Source of the DNA: an uncultured Candidatus Saccharibacteria bacterium | Lineage (GTDB): Bacteria > Patescibacteriota > Minisyncoccia > Phycocordibacterales > UBA2100 | DNA: 64,000 bases | NCBI GenBank assembly: GCA_964471165.1 | Contig: CAYYEX010000002.1 | Span: 124,965 to 188,964, forward strand | Direction of reading: 5' to 3' | In this document: piece by piece, positions 37,118 through 47,801 of the stretch | Position numbering within the stretch: the first letter of the stretch is position 1 | Layout: each line of letters opens with the position of its first letter | The notes under the pieces: generated by a model | The model's database searches: none | Told to the model about the DNA's origin: nothing | What the model saw: only the letters and a program-made list of their open reading frames with translations | Translations under genes and position numbers: made by a program

Positions 37118-39151
37118 ATGATAGAATGGTCGATAATGGACCCTTCGGAGCACGAGCAGGAACGAATAGAACAACTGCGACGCGCGATGTACTCGCGCAA
37201 ACTTTCGGGACAAATTCATGAACGCCCTCGTCGCGAGCTCGAACACGACCGCGAAATAGTGGGCGAAGATTGGAAAATGGCCGAGCCGGAGCTAAATAAA
37301 ATGCGCGTTGCGCCGAGATTCATTGGTACGACTCGTGCAATATTGAAATGGTTCTTGGTCATGTCGGTTGTTTTCTTTGTTGCGGCAGCAGGATTTTTTG
37401 GCTTCTACTTCCTGTTCGGTGGGGGTAGTCACCCGGCGAGTCCCGGCAATATCGACATTTCGGTTTCTGGTCCTCCGCAGGTTGCGGGTGGCGAGCCCGT
37501 CGAATTGCAGATTACCGTCGTGAACCGAAACCGCGTTCCGCTAGAACTCGCAGACCTGCTTGTCACATTCCCGTCCGGTACGCGCTCAGTCGCTGACTTT
37601 GCGACCGACCTCCCGAGCCTTCGACAATCGCTCGGTACAATCGAGCCAGGTGGTCGACGACAGGGCACCATTTCCGCGGTATTTTCTGGGGCAGGTGGGC
37701 AGACAGGCAATGTAAAGGTAGAGCTTGAATACCGAGTACAAGGGTCGAGTGCAATTTTTGTCGCGAATCATAATTACGCCCTTACCTTTACGTCCTCTCC
37801 ACTTTCAATTTCTGTAGACGGTAATACCCAAACAACATCGGGGCAGAATGTGCAGTTCACTGTCAGCGTTGCATCAAATGCGAGTGCTCCATTGCGTGAC
37901 GTTGTGCTCGACATGACATATCCATTCGGATTTAAGTTTACGAGCGCATCTCCTGCTCCCGTGAAGGGCAGCTCATGGGCACTCGGGGACTTTTCGCCGG
38001 GTCAGCGTAAATCAATCCTTGTGCAAGGAACACTTGCTGGAGAGCAGGGAGATAAACGAGTGTTCCGGATTTCAGCGGGAACCCGAAATGCGACATCAAC
38101 GGGGGTTACAACAAAACTTGCCGACAACACGTATGAGATGAAAATCGCAGCAGCGTTTCTTGGGCTCACCATTAATACCAACACAAGTCAGGCGGCTGAA
38201 AAACCGAATGACTTTGAATCACAGCCGAAAATTGGATTACCGATTGCAGCCCCGGGCTCCACTGTTACGGTCACCATCGACTATCAGAACAACCTCTCGG
38301 TCGACATCAGCGATGCGGTTATCGTTGCGCGTCTTTCAGGACTTGCAGTGAACGGAGAGAGTGTGCGTGTAAACGATGGATTCTATCGCTCGTCCGACGA
38401 CACTGTCATTTGGGATAAAAGTACGACGAGGGGAGACCTTGCGAGTCTTTCTCCGGGGAAGCGCGGCACGGTCTCGTTCTCATTCATTATGCCTGCGCCG
38501 AAAACCGCTACGGGGGACCCAAAAATCGACATCAGTGTGAACGCGGCAGGTAAGCGACTGTCTGAAACCGGAGTTCCGCAGAGCCTGCAATCTACCGCTA
38601 AGGCACAGGTGCGTCTCGCAAGCGATTTACAACTCGCCGCTCAAGCGCTCTATACGCAGAACCCGTTTGGAGTTGCCGGTCCGATGCCGCCCAAAGCTGG
38701 CACCGAAACAGAGTATGCCCTCGTGTTCACAATCACGAATACAACCAGCAACCTTACCGGGGCAAAGGTTACGGCAAAACTTCCGTCGTACGTGCGATGG
38801 ATTGGGTCGCATGCGCCGCGCACCGAAAACCTTACCTTCAACCAATTCGACGGCACGTTTACCTGGGAGATTGGCAATATTGCACCGGGCACGGGAGTAA
38901 ATGGCACCCAGCCGCGCCAGATTGCTATTTCAATCGGTCTCACGCCGTCGACAAGCCAGATAGGCGAGCAGCCGGTGCTTGTGCAGAACGTAACGCTCAC
39001 CGGTACCGATGAGTCGACGGGTACAGCAGTGACTCGCAAGGCAGAGCCGGATGTAACGACCAACCTCGGACAAATCGGTAAAACGTCGACCGGCTTTACG
39101 GTGAACCCAGATTCCGGCTTCCTCCCCGCCAATGCGACAGTTGTGAAATAG
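37118..39151 (+). CDS. large membrane-anchored extracellular protein (beta-rich, DUF11-like repeats)
   Basis: start at MIEWSIMDPSEHEQ; cytoplasmic ~80 aa, TM ILKWFLVMSVVFFVAAAGFFGFYFLF, ~580-aa Thr/Ser/Val-rich ectodomain. Confidence 0.65.
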   Translation: MIEWSIMDPSEHEQERIEQLRRAMYSRKLSGQIHERPRRELEHDREIVGEDWKMAEPELNKMRVAPRFIGTTRAILKWFLVMSVVFFVAAAGFFGFYFLFGGGSHPASPGNIDISVSGPPQVAGGEPVELQITVVNRNRVPLELADLLVTFPSGTRSVADFATDLPSLRQSLGTIEPGGRRQGTISAVFSGAGGQTGNVKVELEYRVQGSSAIFVANHNYALTFTSSPLSISVDGNTQTTSGQNVQFTVSVASNASAPLRDVVLDMTYPFGFKFTSASPAPVKGSSWALGDFSPGQRKSILVQGTLAGEQGDKRVFRISAGTRNATSTGVTTKLADNTYEMKIAAAFLGLTINTNTSQAAEKPNDFESQPKIGLPIAAPGSTVTVTIDYQNNLSVDISDAVIVARLSGLAVNGESVRVNDGFYRSSDDTVIWDKSTTRGDLASLSPGKRGTVSFSFIMPAPKTATGDPKIDISVNAAGKRLSETGVPQSLQSTAKAQVRLASDLQLAAQALYTQNPFGVAGPMPPKAGTETEYALVFTITNTTSNLTGAKVTAKLPSYVRWIGSHAPRTENLTFNQFDGTFTWEIGNIAPGTGVNGTQPRQIAISIGLTPSTSQIGEQPVLVQNVTLTGTDESTGTAVTRKAEPDVTTNLGQIGKTSTGFTVNPDSGFLPANATVVK

Positions 39152-39176
39152 CGTTGAATCGGTACACTCCTCTGAT

Positions 39177-40550
39177 ATGTCTGATGTTTCGATGGAGAAA
39201 ATCATTTCGCTCTGCAAACGCAAGGGATTCATATATCAGGGCTCCGAAATCTACGGTGGCTTGGCCGGCACGTGGGACTATGGCCCGCTCGGTGTTGCAC
39301 TCAAGAGAAATATAGAAAACCTCTGGTGGCGAAAATTTGTTCTCGACCGTGAAGACATGTACGGACTCGATGCAGCCATTCTCATGAACCAGGAAGTGTG
39401 GAAGGCATCCGGCCACGTGGGTGGGTTTAATGACCCACTCGTCGAGGACGTTAAAACAAAGCGTCGCTTCCGGGCGGACCACCTTCTCGAAGATGCAGGT
39501 GTTGACCCAAAGGGTATGAATCTCTCGCAGATGGATGCGGCAATCAAAGAAAAAGGACTCAAGAGTCCCGACGGTAACTCACTCGGTGAGGTCCGACAGT
39601 TCAACATGATGTTCAAAACGCATGTTGGCGCAACAGAAGACGAGGGTTCGGTATCATACTTGCGTCCCGAGACCGCGCAGGGAATATTCGTAAACTTCAA
39701 AAACGTGGTTGATTCGTTCCATCCGAAACTCCCATTCGGTATCGCACAGATTGGTAAAGCGTTTCGCAACGAAATCGCACCGCGCGACTTTATTTTCCGC
39801 GTGCGTGAGCTTGAGCAGATGGAAATCGAGTATTTCGTTCGACCCGAAGATTGGGAAGCGCACTTCAAAGCATTCGAGGAGGAACAAATTAAGTTTTTGA
39901 CAGAAGACCTCGGTCTTTCTCGCGAGAAGATTCACCCGGTAGACGTCCCAGCAGAAGACCGTGCGCATTATTCAAAACACAGCGTCGACACCGAATTTGA
40001 TTTTCCGTTCGGTCAGAAGGAACTCCTCGGTCTGGCATACCGCACGGACTACGATCTTGGTGCACATTCCGCCGCTTCTGGTGTTGAGCTCGCATATTTA
40101 GACGAAGAATCAAAGAGCCGATTTATTCCGCACGTTATCGAGCCAACCTTTGGTGTGGGGCGTCTTGTACTTGCAGTGCTCTCGGACGCGTATGCCGAAG
40201 ACGAGCAGAACGGAGAAACGCGTGTATTTCTCAAGTTCAACAAAGCGGTTGCTCCGGTGAAGGCTGCGGTCTTTCCGCTCCTCAAGAACAAGCCGGAACT
40301 CGTGGCGAAGGCCCGCGAAGTGTTCACAATGCTCAAAAAGGATATTCCGCAGATTATGTGGGACGACAATGGCAATATTGGCAAACGTTACCGACGCCAG
40401 GATGAAATTGGCACCCCGCACTGCATAACCATCGATTTCGACACACTAGGCGAGAATCCCGAATTGCTCGATACCGTAACCGTGCGCGACCGCGATACGG
40501 GGGCGCAAGAGCGCGTTTCCATCGCTGATTTGAAGGCAAAAATCTCCTAA
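39177..40550 (+). CDS. glyQS: glycyl-tRNA synthetase (alpha2 dimeric type)
   Basis: KRKGFIYQGSEIYGGLAGTWDYGPLG class II motif 1 region, motifs 2/3 and C-terminal anticodon-binding domain, 457 aa. Confidence 0.9.
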   Translation: MSDVSMEKIISLCKRKGFIYQGSEIYGGLAGTWDYGPLGVALKRNIENLWWRKFVLDREDMYGLDAAILMNQEVWKASGHVGGFNDPLVEDVKTKRRFRADHLLEDAGVDPKGMNLSQMDAAIKEKGLKSPDGNSLGEVRQFNMMFKTHVGATEDEGSVSYLRPETAQGIFVNFKNVVDSFHPKLPFGIAQIGKAFRNEIAPRDFIFRVRELEQMEIEYFVRPEDWEAHFKAFEEEQIKFLTEDLGLSREKIHPVDVPAEDRAHYSKHSVDTEFDFPFGQKELLGLAYRTDYDLGAHSAASGVELAYLDEESKSRFIPHVIEPTFGVGRLVLAVLSDAYAEDEQNGETRVFLKFNKAVAPVKAAVFPLLKNKPELVAKAREVFTMLKKDIPQIMWDDNGNIGKRYRRQDEIGTPHCITIDFDTLGENPELLDTVTVRDRDTGAQERVSIADLKAKIS

Positions 40551-40580
40551 GCACAGGCCCTCCCGTGATAGGATGCGGGC

Positions 40581-41645
40581 ATGGAAGGCCGCAATCTCCA
40601 TGTTTCCATTACGACCGGTACGCTGGTAAAAACGATTGTCGTCCTCATGCTCTCGTGGCTGTTGTTTATGCTGCGAGACGTTGTGCTTATTGTGCTTACT
40701 GCGGTGGTTATTTCCTCGGCAGTCGAGCCCGGGGTGCGCTTCATGACAAAACGTCGTTTGCCCCGCGTGGTAGCCGTACTCGTACTCTATTTGGTGATGT
40801 TTAGCCTGTTTTTTCTCCTGTTCTACTTCTTCTTTCCGTCATTGTTGAAAGACTTCGGCACATTCGCAGCGTCACTGCCGCAGTATCTCGACACATTCAC
40901 ACAGTCGAGCGCGTATACCGCGTATTCCAGCATTCTGGGGTTGCCGTCGTCGGCAGAACTTTCTGGTAGCGACGTTCTTGCAAGTTTCCGAGGCGCATTC
41001 GACCTGGGGGACGCAAGTAATACACTCAACGCCGCATCAAAGATATTCGGAGGGTTGTTTTCCTTTGTCTTGATTATTGTCTTTTCGTTCTACTTTGCGG
41101 TGGTGGAAACTGGTGTCGACGACTTTATTCGCATCGTGACGCCTCGTTCGCATCGTGCGTACTTGCAGGACCTCTGGAAGCGCTCCCAGCATAAAATCGG
41201 TCTCTGGATGCAAGGACAGCTCATCCTCGGCATCTTGATTGGTGTGCTCGTTTATCTATCGCTTCTTATTTTCCAGGTGCCGCACGCGCTCATTCTTGCC
41301 GTGATTACGGCATTCTTTGAGCTCATTCCGGTGTTCGGTCCGATATTGGCGGCAATGCCAGCAGTGATGATTGGGTTTGTTTCCGGAGGACCGGTTCTTG
41401 GTATCACGGTGGTGATTATTTACGTGGTGATTCAGCAATTTGAAAACCATCTAATCTATCCACAGGTTGTAACCCGCGTTGTGGGGGTGCCTCCCTTACT
41501 CGTTATTCTCGCACTTATCATTGGCGCGGAACTTGCCGGGTTCCTCGGTGTTATCCTTTCGGTTCCGGTTGCCGCTACACTCCAAGAGTTTGTAAAAGAC
41601 ATCGAAACGGGCCGTCTTGCGGAGCACGTGAAGAATGCGGCATAG
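40581..41645 (+). CDS. AI-2E family transporter (PerM/UPF0118)
   Basis: 8 TM helices and conserved VIQQFENHLIYPQVV...VPPLLVILALIIGAELAGFLGVILSVP. Confidence 0.8.
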   Translation: MEGRNLHVSITTGTLVKTIVVLMLSWLLFMLRDVVLIVLTAVVISSAVEPGVRFMTKRRLPRVVAVLVLYLVMFSLFFLLFYFFFPSLLKDFGTFAASLPQYLDTFTQSSAYTAYSSILGLPSSAELSGSDVLASFRGAFDLGDASNTLNAASKIFGGLFSFVLIIVFSFYFAVVETGVDDFIRIVTPRSHRAYLQDLWKRSQHKIGLWMQGQLILGILIGVLVYLSLLIFQVPHALILAVITAFFELIPVFGPILAAMPAVMIGFVSGGPVLGITVVIIYVVIQQFENHLIYPQVVTRVVGVPPLLVILALIIGAELAGFLGVILSVPVAATLQEFVKDIETGRLAEHVKNAA

Positions 41646-43088
41646 TTGGCTGGTATGGGAAAGAATTTTTATCTAACGACTACGCTACCGTATGTGAATG
41701 CAGACCCGCATATTGGCTTTGCGCTTGAGTGCGTGCAGGCAGATGCGATTGTTCGCTACCGACGCCTTGTAGGAGACACGGTCTTTTTCTCCACAGGGAC
41801 CGACGAGCACGGACAAAAGATTTTCCAGAAAGCCAAAGAAGAAGGCCGTGATGTACAAGAATACGTTGATTACTTTGCCGGGCAATTTCGCAAATTGCAG
41901 CGTTCACTCAATCTCTCGTACGATGCATTCATTCGTACAACCGATGAGCGGCATGTGCATGCGGCACAAGAGCTGTGGAAACGATGTGCCGAAGCGGGCG
42001 ACATTTATAAAAAGAAATACAAAGGACTCTACTGTGTGGGCGACGAGGCCTATGTGAAAGATGCTGATTTGGTCGACGGCAAATGCCCAAATCATCCAAA
42101 CATGGAGCTTGTAGAAATAGAGGAGGAGAACTATTTCTTTCGGTTGAGTGCATATCAAGAGAAAATACTCGCGTACTTGAATCAAGCGGGGGTCATTGTG
42201 CCTGAATGGCGCCGCGCAGAAGCCATCAAGTTTGTGGAGGGCGGACTGGAGGATTTCAGTATTTCTCGCGAAACGTCCCGCATGAGCTGGGGAATACCGG
42301 TACCAGGCGACGACGCACAGGTTATGTATGTATGGTTCGATGCGCTTACCAACTACATCTCTACGCTTGGCTGGCCAGATGACACCGAAGGATTCTATAA
42401 AACATTCTGGGAAAACGGCGAAACGCTTCAGGTTGCAGGCAAGGACCAGGTACGGTTCCAGTCGATTATGTGGCAGGCGATGCTTATGTCGGGAGGACTC
42501 ACGACAACCGGGCGCGTGCTCTACCACGGGTTCATTACGAGCGGGGGACAGAAGATGTCGAAAAGCCTCGGCAATGTCATTGAACCGTACGCGCTTATCG
42601 ATGAGTACGGCACCGATGCGGTGCGCTACTTTCTGCTGCGCCACATCCACCCATTCGATGACAGCGACTTCACGCTGGAGCGTTTCAAAGAAGCCTACAA
42701 TGCCGACCTCGCCAATGGTATTGGCAATGTGACCGCGCGCATCATGACGCTTGCCGAAAAGAATTTGGACGCAGCAGTTGCCCGACCCGAGGCAGTAGGG
42801 TTTGCCCCTGAATACACTACAGCGCTTGAGGCGTACGATTTCAATCGAGTATGCAGCTACATTATGGAGCGTGTCCAGACTCTAGACCGGAAGATTTCTG
42901 AAACTGAGCCGTTTAAACTCGTGAAGACCGACCCTGAAGCGGGGAAAGCACTCATTTCAGAGCTCGCGACCGAGTTGTATGGTATCGCTCGACTATTGAA
43001 TCCAATTATGCCGACCACGTGCGACGCGATAAAAGCTGCGATTCTCGCAAACAAAAAGCCCGAGAACCTATTTGCACGCAAGGAATAA
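41646..43088 (+). CDS. metG: methionyl-tRNA synthetase (short form lacking C-terminal tRNA-binding domain)
   Basis: HIGH motif PYVNADPHIGFAL, KMSKS motif KMSKSLGNV, Zn knuckle CVGDEAY...CPNH. Confidence 0.9.
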   Translation: MAGMGKNFYLTTTLPYVNADPHIGFALECVQADAIVRYRRLVGDTVFFSTGTDEHGQKIFQKAKEEGRDVQEYVDYFAGQFRKLQRSLNLSYDAFIRTTDERHVHAAQELWKRCAEAGDIYKKKYKGLYCVGDEAYVKDADLVDGKCPNHPNMELVEIEEENYFFRLSAYQEKILAYLNQAGVIVPEWRRAEAIKFVEGGLEDFSISRETSRMSWGIPVPGDDAQVMYVWFDALTNYISTLGWPDDTEGFYKTFWENGETLQVAGKDQVRFQSIMWQAMLMSGGLTTTGRVLYHGFITSGGQKMSKSLGNVIEPYALIDEYGTDAVRYFLLRHIHPFDDSDFTLERFKEAYNADLANGIGNVTARIMTLAEKNLDAAVARPEAVGFAPEYTTALEAYDFNRVCSYIMERVQTLDRKISETEPFKLVKTDPEAGKALISELATELYGIARLLNPIMPTTCDAIKAAILANKKPENLFARKE

Positions 43089-43114
43089 GGGGTCACAGGT
43101 GCTAACATTTTCCT

Positions 43115-45910
43115 ATGTCCTCTGGACCGGAAGGGAAGTTCAAGAAGCAGAGTCGCAACAGGCTCACCCTAAAATCTGCCATCGCAGCACTTGCGATTAT
43201 TGGTGCGCAACCCGCAGAGGCGCAGTATACGAAGGAGCAAGACACACAATCCCAAACTTTGCGCGACGTTCCGAAGGCGAATATCGACCAATCGGGGGCT
43301 CGTATTCGAGAATCATTTGCGCAGCACAAGAGGGGTATCGAGAGACTTCGTAAGTATTTTGGCGCCGATGATCCTATCGTGAAGGAAGAGATGCATACGC
43401 TGGAGCTCACGGAGCCGCTATTGCAAGACGGGCGATATATACAGGGCGTGATAGAGATTGAACGCAAAGGTGGAAAACTGCATCAAATCGTCGGCTCTAC
43501 ACACCCGGACGTAGTGATGGACGCGCCAAGGCTCGCGAAGATTCTTGAGCGTATACCGGATGAGATAGTCGGACATTACAGAATGAACGGCTCTGATTTG
43601 AGTGAAGATGCGAGATACTCCTACCATCGGACGGGAGTCGTCGAGCTCGCACAGAGCCTTTCTGAACGCGGGATTATTCTCTCTGGCGAAGAATTGAATC
43701 GAGTGCTGGACATCAGGGTTGATGTACCTGACATTTCCGAGACGTTGACGCGCCTGCAATCAGAGGGGGGTCAGTTTCTGAGCATCACCGAAGTACTGAA
43801 AAAGATACGGGATAAATATTTCGATCCAAGTGCTCTGAGTGACCCTGAATTTGTTCAGGGCCTCATTGACCTCGGCAAATCAGATATCTCTTTAGGTGAG
43901 CTCAGCAGCGCACCTGATGAGAAGTTTAAGTCTCGGATCGTCGAAGCGGTACGTGATCCGGTGTTCGTAAAAACCTTGATTGAGTTGAGGAAAATGAAAA
44001 TGCCGATGTGGAGCTCAGACATGCTCTCAGTTGCGCCAGAAGTCTATCGCAGCCCTTCGTATCTCGGCAATATGCGCATCGCATTGGAAAAGAAAGTTAG
44101 TTTTCTCAGTGCTCGCATGAATGAGCCAGCCATGGCACAGGAGGGTCTTGCGACCCTTCTTTTGTCAGCGGATAAGGACCATGCGAGCGATGTTTTCGAT
44201 GCTGCGAGAAAGTACGGCAGTGATCCGGTTGTGTGGCAGCGTGCCATAGAGTCAGCTTCGAAGCACAAAGACGACGCGCGCTACATGACACTGTTCTACC
44301 AACTGGATTCGGATCGCATAAGGAACGATGAGTACATGGCGCGTGTGGATGCTCACATGCGCGACCCGGAAAACCGCAAGACGTTTGATAAGTACTTGGC
44401 GCGGTTCGAGATAGACACCATATACGCCCGAGAAATCGGAGGTATCAATCCGAAGGATGCGCACATCAACGAATATCGCAGGGCGCTGGAGCGACATCAA
44501 AGTGACCCCGTGATGATGCAGATACTGTCGCTGTACCATTTTCGAATACTTCGCGGACCGATTTTGCGAATGAACGAATTGCACGACGGTCGACCTGAAC
44601 TGCGTCTCGAGCAGCTGAAAGATATCGATACTAAAACGCTACTCGACGTCATGGTGGTGGGGGGAGCAGATGCCTATCTATCAACGTTTCGATTGATCTA
44701 TAACGGCAACGGGCATACGGGAAGTGCGCTGAAGCATACTTTCCTTTCTAAGGTTCGCACCGAGTACGGCTCGTTGCATTCATTTTTTCGTGAAACGAAG
44801 CCCAGTGAAAAGACTTTCGGATCGCTGCTGGAGCTCCTGTCGCAAAATAATCTAATAGACACTTTTTTGTCCGACATCGGTACCCTTGAGCAACAGCAAC
44901 AAGTGCTGAGGGAATTCCTTTTTGATTCCTCAAAAGGAATGTCGGAGACCCAAGCGCTCGCGCTCGACGACTTGTTGCACTCGACTAAGAACGAGTCAGT
45001 GAGGAATTTCGTATTTAATTCTGTCCGTGATTTGCGCGACAAAAGCATGAATAATCGCCCAAAGTATATTGCGGACTTGTTAATTGCAGAATACTTCAGA
45101 GATATACGCAGCGTGCCTTTGTGGGCGAAGGAGAGTATCGAACGATACGGTGCTCTATTCCCAGATGTTAGACAGATTGAGGAAGGGTCCGTATTTCGAG
45201 TCGAGAATGGAGTATCTACAAATACACAACTTCATTTCTTCTATGACGACAGAGGTCCGAGTAAACCCGAACATACGTGGGACGGACACATGTCATTTAG
45301 GAATTTTATCCAAAGTTTGGGAGGTTCGGTCACGTGGGACGCTGCGGGAGTGATTCAAAGTATTGTCTCTGGAAAAGGAATTAAGATAACTGACGAAGGG
45401 GATTACGTAAAAATACAGAAGACTGATACGAAATCGAAAAAGGAAGTCGTTATGTTTGCAAATAAGCCGGATCGCAAGGATGAGAATGTGGCAAAGATTC
45501 AGTCAGACCTCATGACGCAATTTAAGCCGCAGACAGTCGTTCACAGGGGGCACAGTTACCATGCCCCGAAAACCATTATGTTGCTCAATGGTGATATCGC
45601 ACTGGTGAACCTTGGTTCGTGCGGTGGCGCTAAGAATATTTCTGACGTGCTCGAAAAAGCGCCGTCGGCACAAGTCATGGCGACTAAGGGTGTGGGGACA
45701 ATGCTTGTTAACGACACGCTTATAACCGCCATCGATAAGACGCTCATGTCGCAAGGTCGGGTCAATTGGGATACGCTGCGTGGGCAGCTTGATTCAGAGT
45801 TCAAAAGGCGCGGTGGTGATGCGAATGAGCGATGGGGGCACTACCAACTCCCGCATCAGAATAGGACCGCGCATTTGATTGCTGCATTAAAGAAACTACC
45901 TAAGGACTAG
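43115..45910 (+). CDS. large secreted alpha-helical hypothetical protein (931 aa)
   Basis: signal peptide LTLKSAIAALAIIGAQPAEAQ; no recognisable catalytic motif. Confidence 0.65.
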   Translation: MSSGPEGKFKKQSRNRLTLKSAIAALAIIGAQPAEAQYTKEQDTQSQTLRDVPKANIDQSGARIRESFAQHKRGIERLRKYFGADDPIVKEEMHTLELTEPLLQDGRYIQGVIEIERKGGKLHQIVGSTHPDVVMDAPRLAKILERIPDEIVGHYRMNGSDLSEDARYSYHRTGVVELAQSLSERGIILSGEELNRVLDIRVDVPDISETLTRLQSEGGQFLSITEVLKKIRDKYFDPSALSDPEFVQGLIDLGKSDISLGELSSAPDEKFKSRIVEAVRDPVFVKTLIELRKMKMPMWSSDMLSVAPEVYRSPSYLGNMRIALEKKVSFLSARMNEPAMAQEGLATLLLSADKDHASDVFDAARKYGSDPVVWQRAIESASKHKDDARYMTLFYQLDSDRIRNDEYMARVDAHMRDPENRKTFDKYLARFEIDTIYAREIGGINPKDAHINEYRRALERHQSDPVMMQILSLYHFRILRGPILRMNELHDGRPELRLEQLKDIDTKTLLDVMVVGGADAYLSTFRLIYNGNGHTGSALKHTFLSKVRTEYGSLHSFFRETKPSEKTFGSLLELLSQNNLIDTFLSDIGTLEQQQQVLREFLFDSSKGMSETQALALDDLLHSTKNESVRNFVFNSVRDLRDKSMNNRPKYIADLLIAEYFRDIRSVPLWAKESIERYGALFPDVRQIEEGSVFRVENGVSTNTQLHFFYDDRGPSKPEHTWDGHMSFRNFIQSLGGSVTWDAAGVIQSIVSGKGIKITDEGDYVKIQKTDTKSKKEVVMFANKPDRKDENVAKIQSDLMTQFKPQTVVHRGHSYHAPKTIMLLNGDIALVNLGSCGGAKNISDVLEKAPSAQVMATKGVGTMLVNDTLITAIDKTLMSQGRVNWDTLRGQLDSEFKRRGGDANERWGHYQLPHQNRTAHLIAALKKLPKD

Positions 45911-45911
45911 T

Positions 45912-46727
45912 ATGAAATATTTTGATGCACACACGCACGTGAACTTTGTTGCGTACAAAGACGACCGCGACGAAGTCATTCAGCGCGCTCTGGAGCAGGG
46001 GGTTGGCATGAATGTGGTTGGGACCCAGATTGATACGTCACGCGAAGCCGTGGCGCTTGCAGAGGCCCACAGTCACATCTGGGCAACCATCGGGCTCCAC
46101 CCGGTGCACACCGCAAAGTCGTACCATGACGAAAAGGAACTGGGTGAGGGCGGTAAGGAGTTCACGTCACGCGGCGAACAGTTTGATGCTGTTGCGTACG
46201 AAGCGCTTGGCAAATCAGAGCGTGTTATTGCAATCGGGGAGTGCGGGCTCGATTACTACCGCGTCGAGGAGAACACGAAAGACACTCAAATTAAAGCGTT
46301 TATCGAGCACATTGAACTTGCGAACAAATTGCAAAAGCCCCTCATGCTACATATTCGAAATGCCTACGAAGATGCGCTCGAAGTTTTGAAAGCGCACACC
46401 AAAGTGCAGGGTGACGTGCATTTCTTTGCTGGCGACTGGGAAACGGCAAAAAAGTTTCTCGACATCGGATTTACGCTTTCGTTTACGGGCGTTGTTACGT
46501 TTACTCATGACTACGACGAAGTAGTAAAAAACACCCCACTCGACATGATGCTCTCGGAAACCGATGCACCATACATTACGCCGGTACCGTTTCGCGGTAA
46601 GAGAAACGAGTCGTCATACGTTCCGTATATTGTGAAAGCAATCGCTGGCATCCGTGGAGAAGACGAGGAGTTAGTGCGTGCACAACTCCTTGCAAATGCC
46701 GCGCGGGTCTTTAGTATTCAGCTATGA
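45912..46727 (+). CDS. tatD: TatD-family metal-dependent DNase/hydrolase
   Basis: MKYFDAHTHVNF start, GECGLDYYR, HIRNAYED, LSETDAPY TIM-barrel motifs. Confidence 0.85.
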   Translation: MKYFDAHTHVNFVAYKDDRDEVIQRALEQGVGMNVVGTQIDTSREAVALAEAHSHIWATIGLHPVHTAKSYHDEKELGEGGKEFTSRGEQFDAVAYEALGKSERVIAIGECGLDYYRVEENTKDTQIKAFIEHIELANKLQKPLMLHIRNAYEDALEVLKAHTKVQGDVHFFAGDWETAKKFLDIGFTLSFTGVVTFTHDYDEVVKNTPLDMMLSETDAPYITPVPFRGKRNESSYVPYIVKAIAGIRGEDEELVRAQLLANAARVFSIQL

Positions 46728-47215
46728 ACAAAAATCTTGGTATTGCGCTCGTATTCATTATTCTCGCTGGAGGCGTGTATTACTGGTACGGCCACAAGGC
46801 AACACCTGCGCTCCAGGAAACCCAGCAGGCAAATGAAACTACCGGCACGCAATCGACCGGAGAAACGCCGACCGCGCCGGAGGGAATTGGTAAACATTCG
46901 GTCAAATGGGAATTTAAGCAGGTGAGTGAAGACAAAACGACAGGGGCAGTAAAGACCAAGGTCACAGTCACCTGGGATGGAACAAGTCACGATGCGGGAA
47001 CCTACGAGGGAACCTGTGCAGAAGTCGACGGCAGCAACGGCACTTTGAAAGAAGGAGAGGTTTCCGGAGTGCTCTGTTGGTATGCGGGTGCTGGGGACGA
47101 AATCGGTGTTTTCAGCGAAAATGGAAAGTTTGTGCTTAAGCACGGCGAGCAGCAGGAGCCAAGTGGAGAGGGGGCGGGGTTCAGGGGCAACTTTAAGACG
47201 ATTATTGCCCTCTAG
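46724..47215 (+). CDS. small secreted hypothetical protein
   Basis: signal anchor MNKNLGIALVFIILAGGVYYW; ATGA start overlap with tatD stop. Confidence 0.5.
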   Translation: MNKNLGIALVFIILAGGVYYWYGHKATPALQETQQANETTGTQSTGETPTAPEGIGKHSVKWEFKQVSEDKTTGAVKTKVTVTWDGTSHDAGTYEGTCAEVDGSNGTLKEGEVSGVLCWYAGAGDEIGVFSENGKFVLKHGEQQEPSGEGAGFRGNFKTIIAL

Positions 47216-47283
47216 GGCATAAACGAGGGCCGTATTCTTGCCTCGCAAGGGGGGCTGTGTTAGAGTGCCCCCACAAACGCGAT

Positions 47284-47799
47284 ATGGCAGAGCAAACATC
47301 ACAGGTACTCGATACAACCGCAGAAGATGCGGTAACGACTCGTATTTACGAGGTTGGTTACCATATCCTCCCATCAGTTGCAGAAGAGAACGTGGACAAG
47401 GTAGTCGGTGAAATTCGTTCTGTTATCGAGGCTGCAGGAGGCTCTTTCATCGCAGAAGGTGCACCTGTCCTCACCAAGCTTTCCTACGACATGAACTCTC
47501 GCGAGGGAGACAAGTGGGCCTCTCAGGACCGCGGTTACTTCGGCTGGATTAAATTCGAAGCCGTTGTGGGCGCAGCAGCAACTCTCGAAGACGCACTCAA
47601 GGCAAACAAGAATATTCTCCGCCACATCGTATTTCGCACCGTGCGAGAAGAAACTCGTGCTCGCTTGAAGACCCCAACCTTGCGAGAAGTGAAGCGCACC
47701 GATGTCATCAAAACAACAGCAAAGCGCCCCGACGAGGAGAGCGCCCCTGTTTCCGAAGAGGATCTTGATAAGGCACTCTCGGACATCACCACCGACTAA
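47284..47799 (+). CDS. rpsF: 30S ribosomal protein S6 (with acidic C-terminal extension)
   Basis: RIYEVGYHILPSVAEENVDKVVGEIRSVIEAAGG...; first gene of rpsF-ssb-rpsR cluster. Confidence 0.8.
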   Translation: MAEQTSQVLDTTAEDAVTTRIYEVGYHILPSVAEENVDKVVGEIRSVIEAAGGSFIAEGAPVLTKLSYDMNSREGDKWASQDRGYFGWIKFEAVVGAAATLEDALKANKNILRHIVFRTVREETRARLKTPTLREVKRTDVIKTTAKRPDEESAPVSEEDLDKALSDITTD

Positions 47800-47801
47800 C
47801 T

